DNA of 64,000 nt, taken from contig JAUCBJ010000837.1 of NCBI GenBank assembly GCA_032718475.1, positions 1 to 64,000 on the forward strand. The letters run 5' to 3'. A model generated the notes under the pieces. That model was not told where the DNA came from. It was given only the letters and a program-made list of their open reading frames with translations, and did not search any database. This stretch comes from Nemertoderma westbladi (Eukaryota > Animalia > Xenacoelomorpha). Below, piece by piece: positions 12,612-25,400 of this stretch. The translations under genes and the position numbers were made by a program. The first letter of the stretch is position 1, and every line of letters starts with the position of its first letter.

Positions 12612-13329
12612 GAATTGATGACTGACTGGCTGACTAATCTAACGATTTTGATGAAATTTCCACAGTGGCTGGCTGACCGTATTTTAAGGTCCCTCCCTGG
12701 TATGTTCCGCTTTTTCGTCCATGAGCTGTGGGCTCGAAAAATAGACCTAAACGAAAAAACGCCATAGGCGCAATGATAAAAACGCCATCTGGCACTCATG
12801 AAAAATGGATAGAGATGGCCTAGTAATGCTATTCTATAGGAAGGTTACCACTTTGTTACTCAGCTTACCAGATTCTTTCAGATATACTGTAATATATCCT
12901 AATGTATGGAATGAAAATTAAAACAACACAACGGAGTAGCCGTAACATGACTGTATGTAGCCGTAAAGCTACAACAGCCATAACGTCACGCTGTAACATG
13001 GCGACGTTTATGAGTAGCCGCAACGCCATTGCTTCAACTTGCCTGATTGAATGGATTGAACATAATAGAATAGAATAAGTACTACCGGTATCCATGACTT
13101 CATCATGTACTTTTTCAACGAAACCACGATTATTTATGCGTCTGAAACTACCAAATCTAAAACAAAATCGAAAAAAAAATCTATTACAATATATTTTTAC
13201 CAAGTAGACCTACTACTGTGAATATAGTGATATGCTGTGTTCGAATGTACATGATATTGTGAACTAGCATGGGAGCCTATGATTGCTGCGCTAGCATGGG
13301 CATAAGGACTACCAATTCCACAAACCGCA

Positions 13330-14970
13330 ACCATCACTAGCATGGGCCTAGAGACTACTAATTATGCAACCAACACTAGCATGGGCCTAGAGACTACTAA
13401 TTATGCAACCATCACTAGCATGGGCCTAGAGACTACTAATTATGCAACCAACACTAGCATGGGCCTAGAGACTTCTAATTATGCAACCAACACTAGCATG
13501 GGCCTAGAGACTACTAATTATGCAACCATCACTAGCATGGGCCTAGAGACTACTAATTATGCAACCAACACTAGCATGGGCCTAGAGACTTCTAATTATG
13601 CAACCATCACTAGCATGGGCCTAGAGACTACTACTTATGCAACCAACACTAGCATGGGCCTAGAGACTTCTAATTATGCAACCAACACTAGCATGGGCCT
13701 AGAGACTTCTAATTATGCAACCAACACTAGCATGGGCCTAGAGACTTCTAATTATGCAACCATCACTAGCATGGGCCTAGAGACTACTAATTATGCAACC
13801 ATCACTAGCATGGGCCTAGAGACTTCTAATTATGCAACCAACACTAGCATGGGCCTAGAGACTTCTAATTATGCAACTAACACTAGCATGGGCCTAGAGA
13901 CTTCTAATTATGCAACCATCACTAGCATGGGCCTAGAGACTACTAATTATGCAACCATCACTAGCATGGGCCTAGAGACTTCTAATTATGCAACCAACAC
14001 TAGCATGGGCCTAGAGACTTCTAATTATGCAACCAACACTAGCATGGGCCTAGAGACTTCTAATTATGCAACCAATACTAGCATGGGCCTAGAGACTTCT
14101 AATTATGCAACCAACACTAGCATGGGCCTAGAGACTTCTAATTATGCAACCAACACTAGCATGGGCCTAGAGACTTCTAATTATGCAACCAACACTAGCA
14201 TGGACCTAGAGACTTCTAATTATGCAACCAACACTAGCATGGGCCTAGAGACTTTTAATTATGCAACCAACACTAGCATGGGCCTAGAGACTTCTAATTA
14301 TGCAACCAACACTAGCATGGGCCTAGAGACTTCTAATTATGCAACCAACACTAGCATGGGCCTAGATACTTCTAATTATGCAACCAACACTAGCATGGGC
14401 CTAGAGACTTCTAATTATGCAACCAACACTAGCATGGGCGAAGAGACTTCTAATTATGCAACCAACACTAGCATGGGCCTAGAGACTTCTAATTATGCAA
14501 CCAACACTAGCATGGGCCTAGAGACTTCTAATTATGCAACCATCACTATCATGGGCCTAGAGACTTCTAATTATGCAACCATCACTAGCATGGGCCTAGA
14601 GACTACTAATTATGCAACCAACACTAGCATGGGCCTAGAGACTACTAATTATGCAACCAACACTAGCATGGGCCTAGAGACTACTAATTATGCAACCAAC
14701 ACTAGCATGGGCCTAGAGACTACTAATTATGCAACCAACACTAGCATGGGCCTAGAGACTACTAATTATGCAACCAACACTAGCATGGGCCTAGAGACTA
14801 CTAATTATGCATCCAACACTAGCATGGGCCTAGAGACTACTAATTTATGCAACCAACACTAGCATGGGCCTAGAGACTACTAATTATGCGAACAACACTT
14901 GTATGGGCATAGGGTCTACCAATTATGCAACCAACACTTGTTATGTGCATAGGGTCTACCAATTATGCAA
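13330..14970. repeat. 39-bp minisatellite, about 40 copies
   Basis: Unit catgggcctagagact(a/t)ctaattatgcaacca(a/t)cactag. It produces the MGLETTNYATNTS repeat ORF. Confidence 0.97.
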
Positions 14971-14974
14971 CGTA

Positions 14975-15222
14975 ATAATAGCCAATATTTTAATAGTTAG
15001 TGATTTCAATGGACGAACAGCGTGTAAATGTGATTATACTGAAAACGATAATTATTATAGTGAACTAAATAACTTCTTACCATGTGAATATTTGTACGAT
15101 AGTGAAAGTGTTGTTTGTAATATACCACGAAGTAATAGTGATAAGAAACTCAATCCTTTTGGGCTTTTAAACAATTTTGGTAAAGGGAAGTATACATTTT
15201 ACAGTGTCACTATTGGTAGTTC
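14975..15222 (+). pseudogene. LINE apurinic endonuclease (APE) fragment
   Basis: ILIVSDFNGRT...RSNSDKKLN.FG...LLN...GKYTFYS..GSS resembles the GDFN and YTF..GSS motifs of LINE APE domains. Confidence 0.7.
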
Positions 15223-17990
15223 GACCCGGTTGAATGACCCCAGCAATATGGATCTCTTAGCTTCCAGGCTGCCTATCGAACTGGTTAATCACTGGACCCG
15301 CCACGCAACCAAACTTCATACCAACAAACGAGTCTCTGATCTTGTCAACTTCCTAGACCAGGAAGTCAGCGTATTTAATTACTATGGCACTGGTAAACCA
15401 AAGACCCGACCCCCAGCTAGCTTTCCTCCACTCACCTCAGCAGTACCAAAACAAGTTAGGACTACGTCTACAACCCCTCTTAGACCTAGCCTTCCTCCCA
15501 ATGCTCCTCAGTTACCCATAGATGGAGCACAAACCGCCAGTGCCACCAGCCAGAATAGACTTCGCTGCTTGTACTGTGATGGAGGTCATAAAATCTATGG
15601 CTGTGATTCCTTCCTAAACCTCACATATCATGATAAAGATAACTTTGTCGCAAATTATCCTTCCCATGACATATGCCGCAACTGTCTTGGACAAGGCCAT
15701 TTGACCACTGACTGCTTGTCTAAATATACATGCAAGACGTGCAAGTCGAACAAACATAATTCACTATTGCATCCCCCCAATGTGCCATTTACTAGTATTC
15801 CTCACTCATCTGCTACCACATCCACACCTATTCCTCGCTCCACTGCGTCAGCCCCTAACAAACACGTGACAAGTCACCCCCCTATGTCTTCACGAAATAC
15901 CTGACTTCACAGATTTCAAAAGAGAAATACTGTTCTACAGACAGTCCCTGTTCGTCTCACTTCAGATCATACTACAATGTCTCTTACAACATAGGCATTG
16001 ATTGACCCAGGCTGTGACCAATCAATACTCGATGACTGAAACTTGCCCCCATTAGGTCTCCATTACACTCGGTATAGGACCATCCCAATTAGTACCTGTC
16101 TAGACAAAGAGAGACTCATAGAAGTCAGCGCTATCAAGTGCAATATCTCTCCTGTCAGCAGTAATGGGACCCCTGCACTAGTGAATGTCACTTTCGATGT
16201 CATGAAAGGGTTTAGAGACAACTTTGTAACCCCAAGGCATTGGAATATCAGAGAATGGCCCCACTTAGCTGACTTAGACTTGAGTCATCCCCCTTTAGAC
16301 ATCCCTCAAGTAACAGTCTTGTTGGGACAGGATGCCCCAGTCGCCTTGATGCAACTTCAATCTCGCTGGGGACTGAACCCCCAGACTCATCTGTACGCTG
16401 TCCAAACTCCGTTTGGATGGTCAATCTGTGACCCTAATCTTGCCCCAGGCGATGACCTTGACACTTATCACACCTCACAAATACATTGTACCCTATCTGA
16501 TGTTAACGACTTAGATACACTCAATGACCCAAAACCCAGTCTTACTTCTCCCCCTGAATGCACTGTGTCTTGGTTCGTTCGTTTCTTTGAATATCTAAGA
16601 CATAAACGTGGTCTTCTACAACCCGGTAGTCCTCGTAAGTTGACCTCCTCGGAGCTCATCACTGCCAAACAGCGCATTGAACAGTACGTTCAACGAGTTG
16701 GCTTCACAGGTGAGTATACTGCTCTAAAGACTGGATCCCCAATCCCCAAGGTGAGTACGATCCGGAAACTATCTCCTTTTTTAGACGAAGACGACGGATA
16801 TCTGAGACTAGGGAGCCGCGTTGCGCGAGCACCCATGTCCTACGACGCGCGCTCTTCTATCCTTATACCGAAGAATTATCACTATCCCAGGCTCTTGATA
16901 TACGATGTGCACACCAGACTTCGCCGTCAAGAGACTGTTTTATCAACGCATTACGACGTTTCATCGCTACAAGGGAAACCCCTCAGCACCTCTATTGCGA
17001 CAATAGAACGAACTTTGTTGGCACCGAATCCGAGCTCAAAGAATCCCTCGCTCAAGTTGACCAATATAAAGTGACTTCACACTTGAGAACATTGGACTGC
17101 ACCTGGCATTTCCAGACACTGCTCGCCCCCCATACGCCTCATTCGTAGCGTTAAGCACTCCCTATACGTCACCACCAAGGACTCAACCCGTATCAAAGAG
17201 GACACCTTTCGTACCGTGCTGGCCGAGGTAGAAGGAATCCTCGACTCGCGTCCTCTGACCCTGGTTACAGACAATCTGACCGCCGACCAACCGATTACTC
17301 CTCGGCACTTCCTCCTCCGGAACCCTGTCCAACTAACCCCACCGGGGAAGTTTGACCGTAAAGACGAATTCGGCCACAAATCCTGGAGACAGGCACAGGG
17401 CCTGTCTGATCGTTTCTGGAACATATGGATCCGGGAATATATCCCTATGCTCCACAAACGTTCCAAGTGGACCTCAAGGTGGACGATGTCGTGATCATTA
17501 CAGATGTGAAACTCCCTAGAAACTCGTGTAGAATCGGACGAGTTTCTGAGGTTTGGCCCGGTAAAGATAGACGAGTTCGCACTGTGGCTTCCTACGACAA
17601 GTCTGACCTTCTCCGTCCCGTTAGTAAACTTTGTCTGTTGGAGGGATCCGATCCAGATGAGATCCTCTCGTATTGGGGATGTACACCTGAGGACGACGGA
17701 AACGGACTGAAGAACTCAGATTGAACACAACCTCGATGTAACATTGTTTCGAACTCAAATTCGATGTAACATTGTTTCAAACTCAAATTCGATGTTGCAT
17801 TGTCTCGAACATGGAACACTCTCATTAACTCACACGTACTAACTCGTTGATATTACCCGTTTAGTATGGTGGAGGTTGAGTATTTCATTGGTTAAACATA
17901 GACTTGTACACCCTATCACTCTATCTATATCGTGTTGGTTTTCCTATGTCTCCTTTTGGCACTCCCTTTCAAGAGGGGCGGTGTGTCAAC
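15223..17990 (+). mobile_element. Second, decayed BEL/Pao element (gag knuckles, protease, integrase remnants; RT deleted)
   Basis: CLYCDGGHKIYGC, CRNCLGQGHLTTDC, CKTCKSNKHNSLLH, ALIDPG, AVQTPFGWSI, LSPFLDED, EVEGILDSRPLT, PITPRHFLL, WIREY. A PPT-like aagaggggcgg followed by TGT near 17984 may start its LTR. Confidence 0.88.
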
Positions 17991-18705
17991 CAACGTTCTA
18001 ACATTTCATTTAACACTCACTTTATATCACTCAATTTACTTTACCTCACTCGCTTTACCCGCCTTTAATCAATTTCTCGTTAATTACTTCACTTTCTTAC
18101 TAACTCTGATCGCGAGTTATTAGTGCCAGTAAACGACCCATTTCTCATCCTCACCCTCTCAATTACTTTCACTTTCTTACTAACTCCACACATGAGTTGG
18201 TTGTGCTAGTACTTGACGCCCTGCCCTCTCTTATTTTTGCCTCGGTTATGTATTTATCGTTTTGTCCCAAAATTGTAATACTCACTTCGTCTCCAAATTA
18301 TGTCATTGTTGTCACCGGTATTTTAATCAAAATGTTCGCATGTTTGCATATTTGTACAAACACATATCGAAAAGTAGACTTTCATTTCCGTAGTTTGACC
18401 AGTCTATCTAGCAGAAACTAACAAAATTCATTGACTTGGTGCGGCGCCCTCAATATAATCTGACCATTTAAATTATCAAAATACGTACTACACACCCATC
18501 TTACTAACATAATCATTCGTACAGTACGTGGACTCAGGTTACAGCGGGATTCCACATTTCATCCATATAATAAACCCTCCAAGTCTTGTCTTACTAACAT
18601 GATAATTTTGTACAGGATTCTAGCCAGGCTATCGCTTTGTTATCGAAACCCATATATTTCAGTTTCATTAGTAGTTTGCTGCGATTCACCGTATCATAAG
18701 CTTTC

Positions 18706-18947
18706 TTGAGGTCTATCCCACAAGAAATGAAAACAAATAAGTTGGTGCCAGTTCCCAAGAAGGGCAACCTAACACTCTATGGTTCTTTTCGGGGAATCTC
18801 ATTGATCTCGATTGCTGCAAAACTATACAATAGAATTCTATTAAATCGCATCAGGGATCCCATTGAGAGACTGCTACGTGGAAATCAGAATGGGTTCCGT
18901 AAAGGTCGTGGGACCATGGAGCCCATTTTGGCACTTAGAAGGATAAT
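18706..18947 (+). pseudogene. RTE-clade LINE RT, 5' part (split by the BEL insertion)
   Basis: VPVPKKGNL...FRGISLISIAAKLYNRILLNRI...QNGFRKGRG...LALRRII, which continues after 37763. Confidence 0.92.
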
Positions 18948-20153
18948 TGTAAAAGCTTTTGCGGAATTAACCGGTTGTTTTCCCCGTAAAGTACTCTGTA
19001 GTTGGTTTAACAGGCATAAAAGGCCGTATCCTTACTGTACTAGTGTTTTAGGGGACATAAAAGCTATTTCTTCTGTATGTGTACTTTAGCGGACATAATT
19101 AGCAATTCTGTGACGCAATGCGCTAGATCCTCTTGAAACAGTGTAGTTCCTATGACGACAGCTAACAGCTGAGCTGTACACGTGTAGCTTTTCCCTTGTT
19201 CTCTGGTGTTTCTTTGTTCGGTCAACCAATCAGAGCGATTCTCCTGCTTTTTATACAGAAACCTCCGAGAAATCGCGCAATGCATTATGGGTCAATGTTG
19301 ACATTTGGTCCTGAGCCCAGAAGACCGGCTTTTGGAATCTCTGTGTTTTCAGTCTTTAGCCCAACATTAGTAGGCTTAATTATAGAACGTATATCTGTTA
19401 TCATACCATAACAAACCATACCAATTCGCATCTCACTAAACATATCAATCAAACTTAACTTAACATTTTACTGCTATTTACTGTCGGTTATTCATTATAT
19501 CTGTTGATATTTGGATATTATATTATATTGAATATTATATTTGGAATACTGATAAATAATCAGACACCCCAATCTTCTTGATATACTGAAGGTTAGAGAG
19601 ACCGGTTACATATAACGATTGCGACTTACATTAAAGTGGTTTGAAGTGAATCTAATGCTATTTCATAGGCACTACATGTACCGTCTGTTGTTCTCTTTAT
19701 ATGTGACTAAAATTAGTGAAGGTCGGCAGATCAGTGTGCAGCATTGTGCAGTATTGTGTATGATTGTGACTGATAACAAAGCATCTCCTAAAGAATGCGC
19801 CATATACGTGAATCTATAGCCATCCCGTTGTGTCTAGTTTAAGTCATAACTCTGTTTACATATTTAGAGCACCACGTCCTAAAGGAACTGTTAATATTTC
19901 CAGAAAGTGAATAATATTTGTCAGAGATTATATATATTACGATCAGTCGAATAATACAGTAGGCCTACCCCGCAATACGGTTAGGCTTCCGAATCCAGTC
20001 TCCCGGGTATATCCAGCGGGTGAATGATCGCGCATAGACTGGCTTCGGCTAATGTAGTGTATCAAATACTTGTCATAGGCTAAAGACGATCTATTATCTA
20101 GAAGACATCCCAATTTGGCAGGTTAAACTGCTAAATGTCTGAAAGCGTGAACA
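18948..20153 (+). repeat. 5' LTR (1206 bp)
   Basis: Direct repeat of 36578-37763 with about 9 substitutions and one 20-bp indel (counted by eye). CCAAT box at ~19226; TATA-like motifs at ~19250 and ~19380. Confidence 0.97.
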
Positions 20154-20165
20154 ATAACAGATATA
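20154..20165 (+). other. Candidate non-tRNA (self-complementary) primer-binding site
   Basis: ATAACAGATATA abuts the LTR end and is the exact reverse complement of 19390-19401. There is no TGG-type tRNA PBS here. Confidence 0.55.
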
Positions 20166-20432
20166 GCTTCTGTATTGCAGTAGGCAATAAAGCTGAAGTA
20201 CCGGCCAACCGGTACCTAGTAGGCCTGACTACCTAACCACCCGGACCGGTACCTACAGCAGTACAGGTACAGCAGTATTATTCGATTGTGAAATTGTATA
20301 CCGGTAGGCTGTTTAAGAGATTAGGGACTGTACACCCCTTGTTTCTTTTGGAGCTTACTTATTTCTGTCAGTTTTATTTATTTGTAGGCCAGTATTGAGC
20401 AGAAGGCGTGTAAGCCTGCTCAGATTGTACAG

Positions 20433-21010
20433 ACAATTTGTAGGCTGGACTGTTGTCTGACTGTTGTTAAGTCTGAAGGGACTGTAGTGTGTGTAGAGCG
20501 TATGTCCGAAAAAGTACTAGTTAGGAAAGTAGGGGCTGCCAGTGCTGTGAGGTGAACCCCCTCGAAAGAATAAGTCGTACTACTCGGTTAGAACGCATAC
20601 TAACTAACCATTTCGGAGTCTGCATATACTGTAGTTTATTTAGGCTTGATAGTAGTCTGCCAGCGTTTGGTCTGTATTTTGTTTGTGTAGTCTGTACGGG
20701 TAGCGTAATATTTATTACTTAGATAATTTGTAGGCTGGATTTTGTCTGGCTGTTGTTAGGTCTGAAGAGATTTCGGTGTATGTAGAGTGTATGTCCGATA
20801 AAGTGCCAGTTGGGAACGTAGGGGCTTCCAGAGCTGTGAGGTAAACCCCCTCGAAAGAATAAGTCGTACTACTGGGTTAGAACGCATACTAACTAACCAT
20901 TTCGGAGTCTGCATATACCGTAGTTTGTTTAGGCTTGATAGTAGTCTGTCAGTATTTGGTCTGCATTTTGTTTGAGTAGTCTGTACGCGTAGCATAATAT
21001 TTATTATTCA
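20433..21010 (+). repeat. About 290-bp tandem duplication in the element's 5' leader
   Basis: Two units starting aatttgtaggctgga (~20435 and ~20724) share tcgaaagaataagtcgtactact and gaacgcatactaactaaccatttcggagtctgcatatac. Confidence 0.9.
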
Positions 21011-21966
21011 GAGTTTATGCGATTATTCGCAACCTTCATATCCCCAAGTTTATTCCTACAGTAATTGTGCTTGTTATATATACCGTTATAGTTAAACTGA
21101 CCCCGGTACTACATCAGGGCTGCTTGGCATAGGTAAAGACTGGTGATTTTATGCCCCGGTCACTCCAGCAGATACCGTGGTTCTTTTAGCTGTTCAAGTA
21201 TTTTTTAACTACTGATTATTGGTTGTATAAGTACATGTACCTAATTTAGGGTTTAGTGTACAGTGCTTTCCGAAGGTGATTAGTGTGTGGGCAGTATATT
21301 TGTGTTGTAAAGTGGTTAATAGGCACGTTGGTTCTGGTAGACCGCGGTATTTAACTTTTAGGTAGGAACATAACGTGATACACAGGTGATACATAACGTA
21401 GTACTTATAGCGATACGGCTATAAGTCGTCAGACGGTGGTATTTTCCTATCTGGACAACGCAATATATTTACTACTGCTTGTTATTTTCAAATACCGTAG
21501 TACCCTGTCCTTTGTAATAACCAGATATTCTAACCCTTTGTTAGGCTGGTTTGTAGACTTCTTGTAAAATTACCCTAAAAATTCATACTTGTAATTTTTG
21601 TGTTTATTTAGAGATTGTAATCTCACCCCGAATTGTACGTAATTTGTAGTATTAAGTAACTTAGGTAAATTAGAATTATTTGTTTTAGTGTCCAACGAGT
21701 AGCACTTCACTGAGAGCGTACAGCTTCTGTGTAGTGACTATTTCCCAGAAATAATAAAATTTATTTCAAATATTGACAAAAACCCATTATAGAGGTATAT
21801 ATCTTATAAATCAAATCAAACCGATTTATAAAATAGTAGGCCTGTCATACAACAATTAGGTCTAAATATCAGTTGGACTACTGCTTAAATAACGGTAATC
21901 AAGTAAAGCAAAGTAACCAAGTAATCCCTAAAATTTCAGAAATTCAATTATTCTAAAATAATTGAC

Positions 21967-22340
21967 ATACCGGTATTTACCATAGGCTTATTATATTTAT
22001 TTCTATAAATTTAGGCTGAAATCATACCGGTATTCTGTAATCAATTCTAGTCTGTAATTATACTTATATATATACTATAAGTGTAAGCTGTATACCGGTA
22101 TTCACGATAGGCCTATTATATATTTATAAATTTAGGCTGAAATTATACCGGTATTCTGTAATTAATTCTAGTTCATAATTATACTTATATATACTATAAG
22201 TGTAAGCTGCATACCGGTATTCACGATAGGCTTATTATATTTTGCTATATATTTGTGCTGAAATTACATACCGGTATTCTGTGACAAACCTAGTCTGTAA
22301 TAATACTTATATATATATTATAAGCATACCAGTATTCTAA
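21967..22340 (+). repeat. About 120-bp tandem repeats (x3) in the 5' leader
   Basis: Recurring ataccggtatt, ataggc(c/t)tattatat and tatacttatatata blocks. Confidence 0.8.
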
Positions 22341-22471
22341 TATATTATATATATATCACGCTACACTGAGTAGCAGTATCGGTAATTAATTACTAGGCTA
22401 ACAGTGATACTGAATTACTAGACTTGCTTAAACTGTAATATAGCAGTAGACATTCAACTGTACAAACAAAC

Positions 22472-25400
22472 ATGTCTGACACAAAGCAAAACCTGTCAGA
22501 CAGTCTCCTAGATACAACCATCTGTGACCCAGACAGGAGTGTGGAACGTGTGAGACCGAAGTTCAACTCACCTCCTACTGTAAGAAAGATCATCCCTCCA
22601 GTAGTAGTATCACACCCTAGGCTAGTCCAACACCGTAGGTCTATCATAGGCACTCGAGCTCAGGTTAAGCGGGACCACGAAGCAGCGGAACGGCAGCAAC
22701 ATTCGAGCCGAGAATGTATTTCTCAGCGGCCCGACAGCTCCAGTAGTGAGGATACTGTAGAGCTGACACCCGAGCGCGGAGCAAAGATGACGGATGCGGT
22801 TTATTCGGATCCCCTTCTCATCCTTCCTGCAGCCGTACTCACTAGGGTATTGATTGCGGTGGAAGAACACCAGATTGATTGGGCGAGAAGTAAGCGATCG
22901 ACCAAGGATAGTTATGCGGGATACACAAGGGAAGAACTGAAGTCTATTGTTGAGTCGCAATGGAACCTCCCCGGACCCGGACTCCCGTTTGACTTATCGG
23001 AAGCTGCCTGGGAAGACATACACAGGATAGGAGTAACAAAAGAAACCATCGATCCAGCTGTGTGGAAGAGGTCAGCAGCAGGATACGTACAGGGATTCTT
23101 CCGCTCTATGGAGCGATTAAAAGAACAACTGTTTCAACAACCCCAAGGACCTCAAGAGCAGTGACAGCTGCTTTATCAAGTTAGAGAAAGAATTCTACGA
23201 ATCAGGCTAATCTTATCGGCCTTTGAGGAGGCTTCTAAAAGAAGACAAGACACGTCGTTGCAAGTTGCCGTAAAGACTTGGTTTCAACGGGTGAGTCTCC
23301 AGGTTCAAGGAACGGCTCAGTGGAAAGCTCAGCTGGATGAGCGCTCAACCCATGGAGAATCAACAGACGCTACATTTTCCCAAGTGGAAAGTGAAGCGAC
23401 AGCAGAGAAACCGCATAAGAGGGATGCCATTGACATCTATCTGTCAGACTATCAACGCTTTGTAGGTGATGAAGAGTTGAGGAGAAGGCTAGATGGACTT
23501 AGCCCTAATAGTGAAGGAGCCAAGCTTGTGTTGGACGCAATCGATGCGGATATGAGAGCTTCGAACCAAGCTACATTTGATGAACGCCTCTGCATCACTA
23601 GGGTCCAAGAAGAACAAGTAAAGAAAAAACGTATAGCAGACAGAAAGACAGCGGCAGTGGCAGCAGCAGTGGCAGCGGCAGAAGCGGAAAGAAAAGCAGC
23701 AGCGGCAGCGGCAGAAGTAGAAGCGGAAAGAAAGGCGGTAGAAGTGGAAAGAAAGGCGGCAGTGGCTGAAGCGGAAAGAAAGGCGGCAGTGGCAGCGGCA
23801 GAGGCAGTGGCAGAAGCAGAACGGAGAGCCTCTGAAGAAACCACCCAACTAGAATTGGAAAACATTCAGGAGAATCAAGACTGCATAAATTAACAGTTAA
23901 CAGCTAGTCAAATGCATATGATGGGTCGATCAACTCCCAAAAGACAGGGATATACATCATCTGAGGAAGGCGATACCACCGATCCTGAAGGCGGAGGAAA
24001 TAGATATCGTCTAAGCAGACGTAGAAGAATGTCCCACCGTCAGAAATTGCCTGATTTGCCCCCAGCTGTTAGAAGGCAACTAAATAACACAAACTTAGGT
24101 AGTATAGAACCCACAGACCAAATAATTAACATAGAAAGACTCCCTACTATAGTAGATGAGCCTGAAATAATTAGGCCTGTTCTCGAAGCCACCCCTTCGG
24201 TGATAGAGACACCTGTACTCCCTGAACCTACCTCTAAATTCCCTCTGCACAGCACGAAGCTACCTGTGCCCCACAGAACCACCCCTGAAATTGTTCATGT
24301 CCTGGACTCCGAGCGAAATATTCATGACTTGTCGCCCGTTGTCCCTCGTCCGCCCGCTACAACGTTGGCGCCTCCCGCTTCGGCGGTCGAGTGGGTAGAT
24401 GAGGGACGACGGGAGATGGGTCTCCTGCTCGGACAGCTGAGGGAACAACATTCTCGCTCCTCTCAGCAGGCCCAGGAGATGGAGGGAACTGTGCAGCAGT
24501 TAAAGGGAACAATTAGAGAGAGTAGGTTAGAGTTGCAAGAAGTGCAGCAAAGTATCGCGTTAGAATGCGATAAATTAGTAAATACACAAAAGGGTATACC
24601 ACCAACCCCGGTAACAATGTGTCAACCTGTTAGGTCTGAAGTATTTCATGCGCAAGGTGTGGAGCCTACACGCATCTATACTGCTAGCGAAGTAGAAACT
24701 CCCATAGTAAACCCTATTAAGGGTAATTATAAACCTGTTGATAATGATATCCCATATAGACTTGATAATAATCCGAGAAATTTATATACCGATAACTCGA
24801 TATTAAATAACACGATGGCCCAAGAAAGTTTTACGCGTCAAATGGCTAGAACCGAAGCCCGTCAAGCGGTAAAGGTGGGAGAGATCGTCAAGTTCAATGG
24901 AGATGAGATGAAATGGTTACCTTTTAATGAATATTACAAAGATAACATACAGAACTCTGTGCTATCTAACGGAGAGAAACTTAGATTCTTCATCGAGTGC
25001 TTGGAAGGATCTCCCAAGTTAATGGCGTTAAAGTTTATTGGACATCCAGATGGATTAAGACAAGTTTGGGATACCCTAAACATCAGGTATGGTAATAGGA
25101 ATAACATAGCTAGGTATTTGTATGCAAAATTGGTAGCGCCCCGAAAATTCATTAGCAGCGGGATTATAGAGTTTTCCGATGAAATTCAGGAGATCTGTAG
25201 ACAATTAGATTGGCTAGGTAAGTCTCATGAATATCAGAGTTCTATGGTTATTGGAGCCGTGGCCTCTACTTTACCGAAGGGTGGAGTAGGTACACGCTGG
25301 GATAAGAAAGTGTTATATATGATGGAACAACAACGACGAGACCCTACCATGGCTGATCTCATGTCATTCTTAGATGGAGAAGTGAAATTACAGCTCCTAA

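Noticed and set aside
13342-14862. 506-aa and 347-aa (48284-49327) repeat proteins as real genes
   Set aside because: They are by-products of stop-free 39-bp and 57-bp units divisible by three, with no supporting gene structure.
19900-20120. Group I intron or dicistrovirus IGR IRES in the LTR (tcagagattata resembles the R motif; tgctattt resembles an IRES loop)
   Set aside because: No matching P, Q or S elements or correct spacing were found, and cagag pairs upstream instead.
20154-20157. LTR extending 4 bp further (ATAA follows both LTRs)
   Set aside because: The other two LTRs end at GAACA with different flanks, and ATAAT is accounted for as the TSD.
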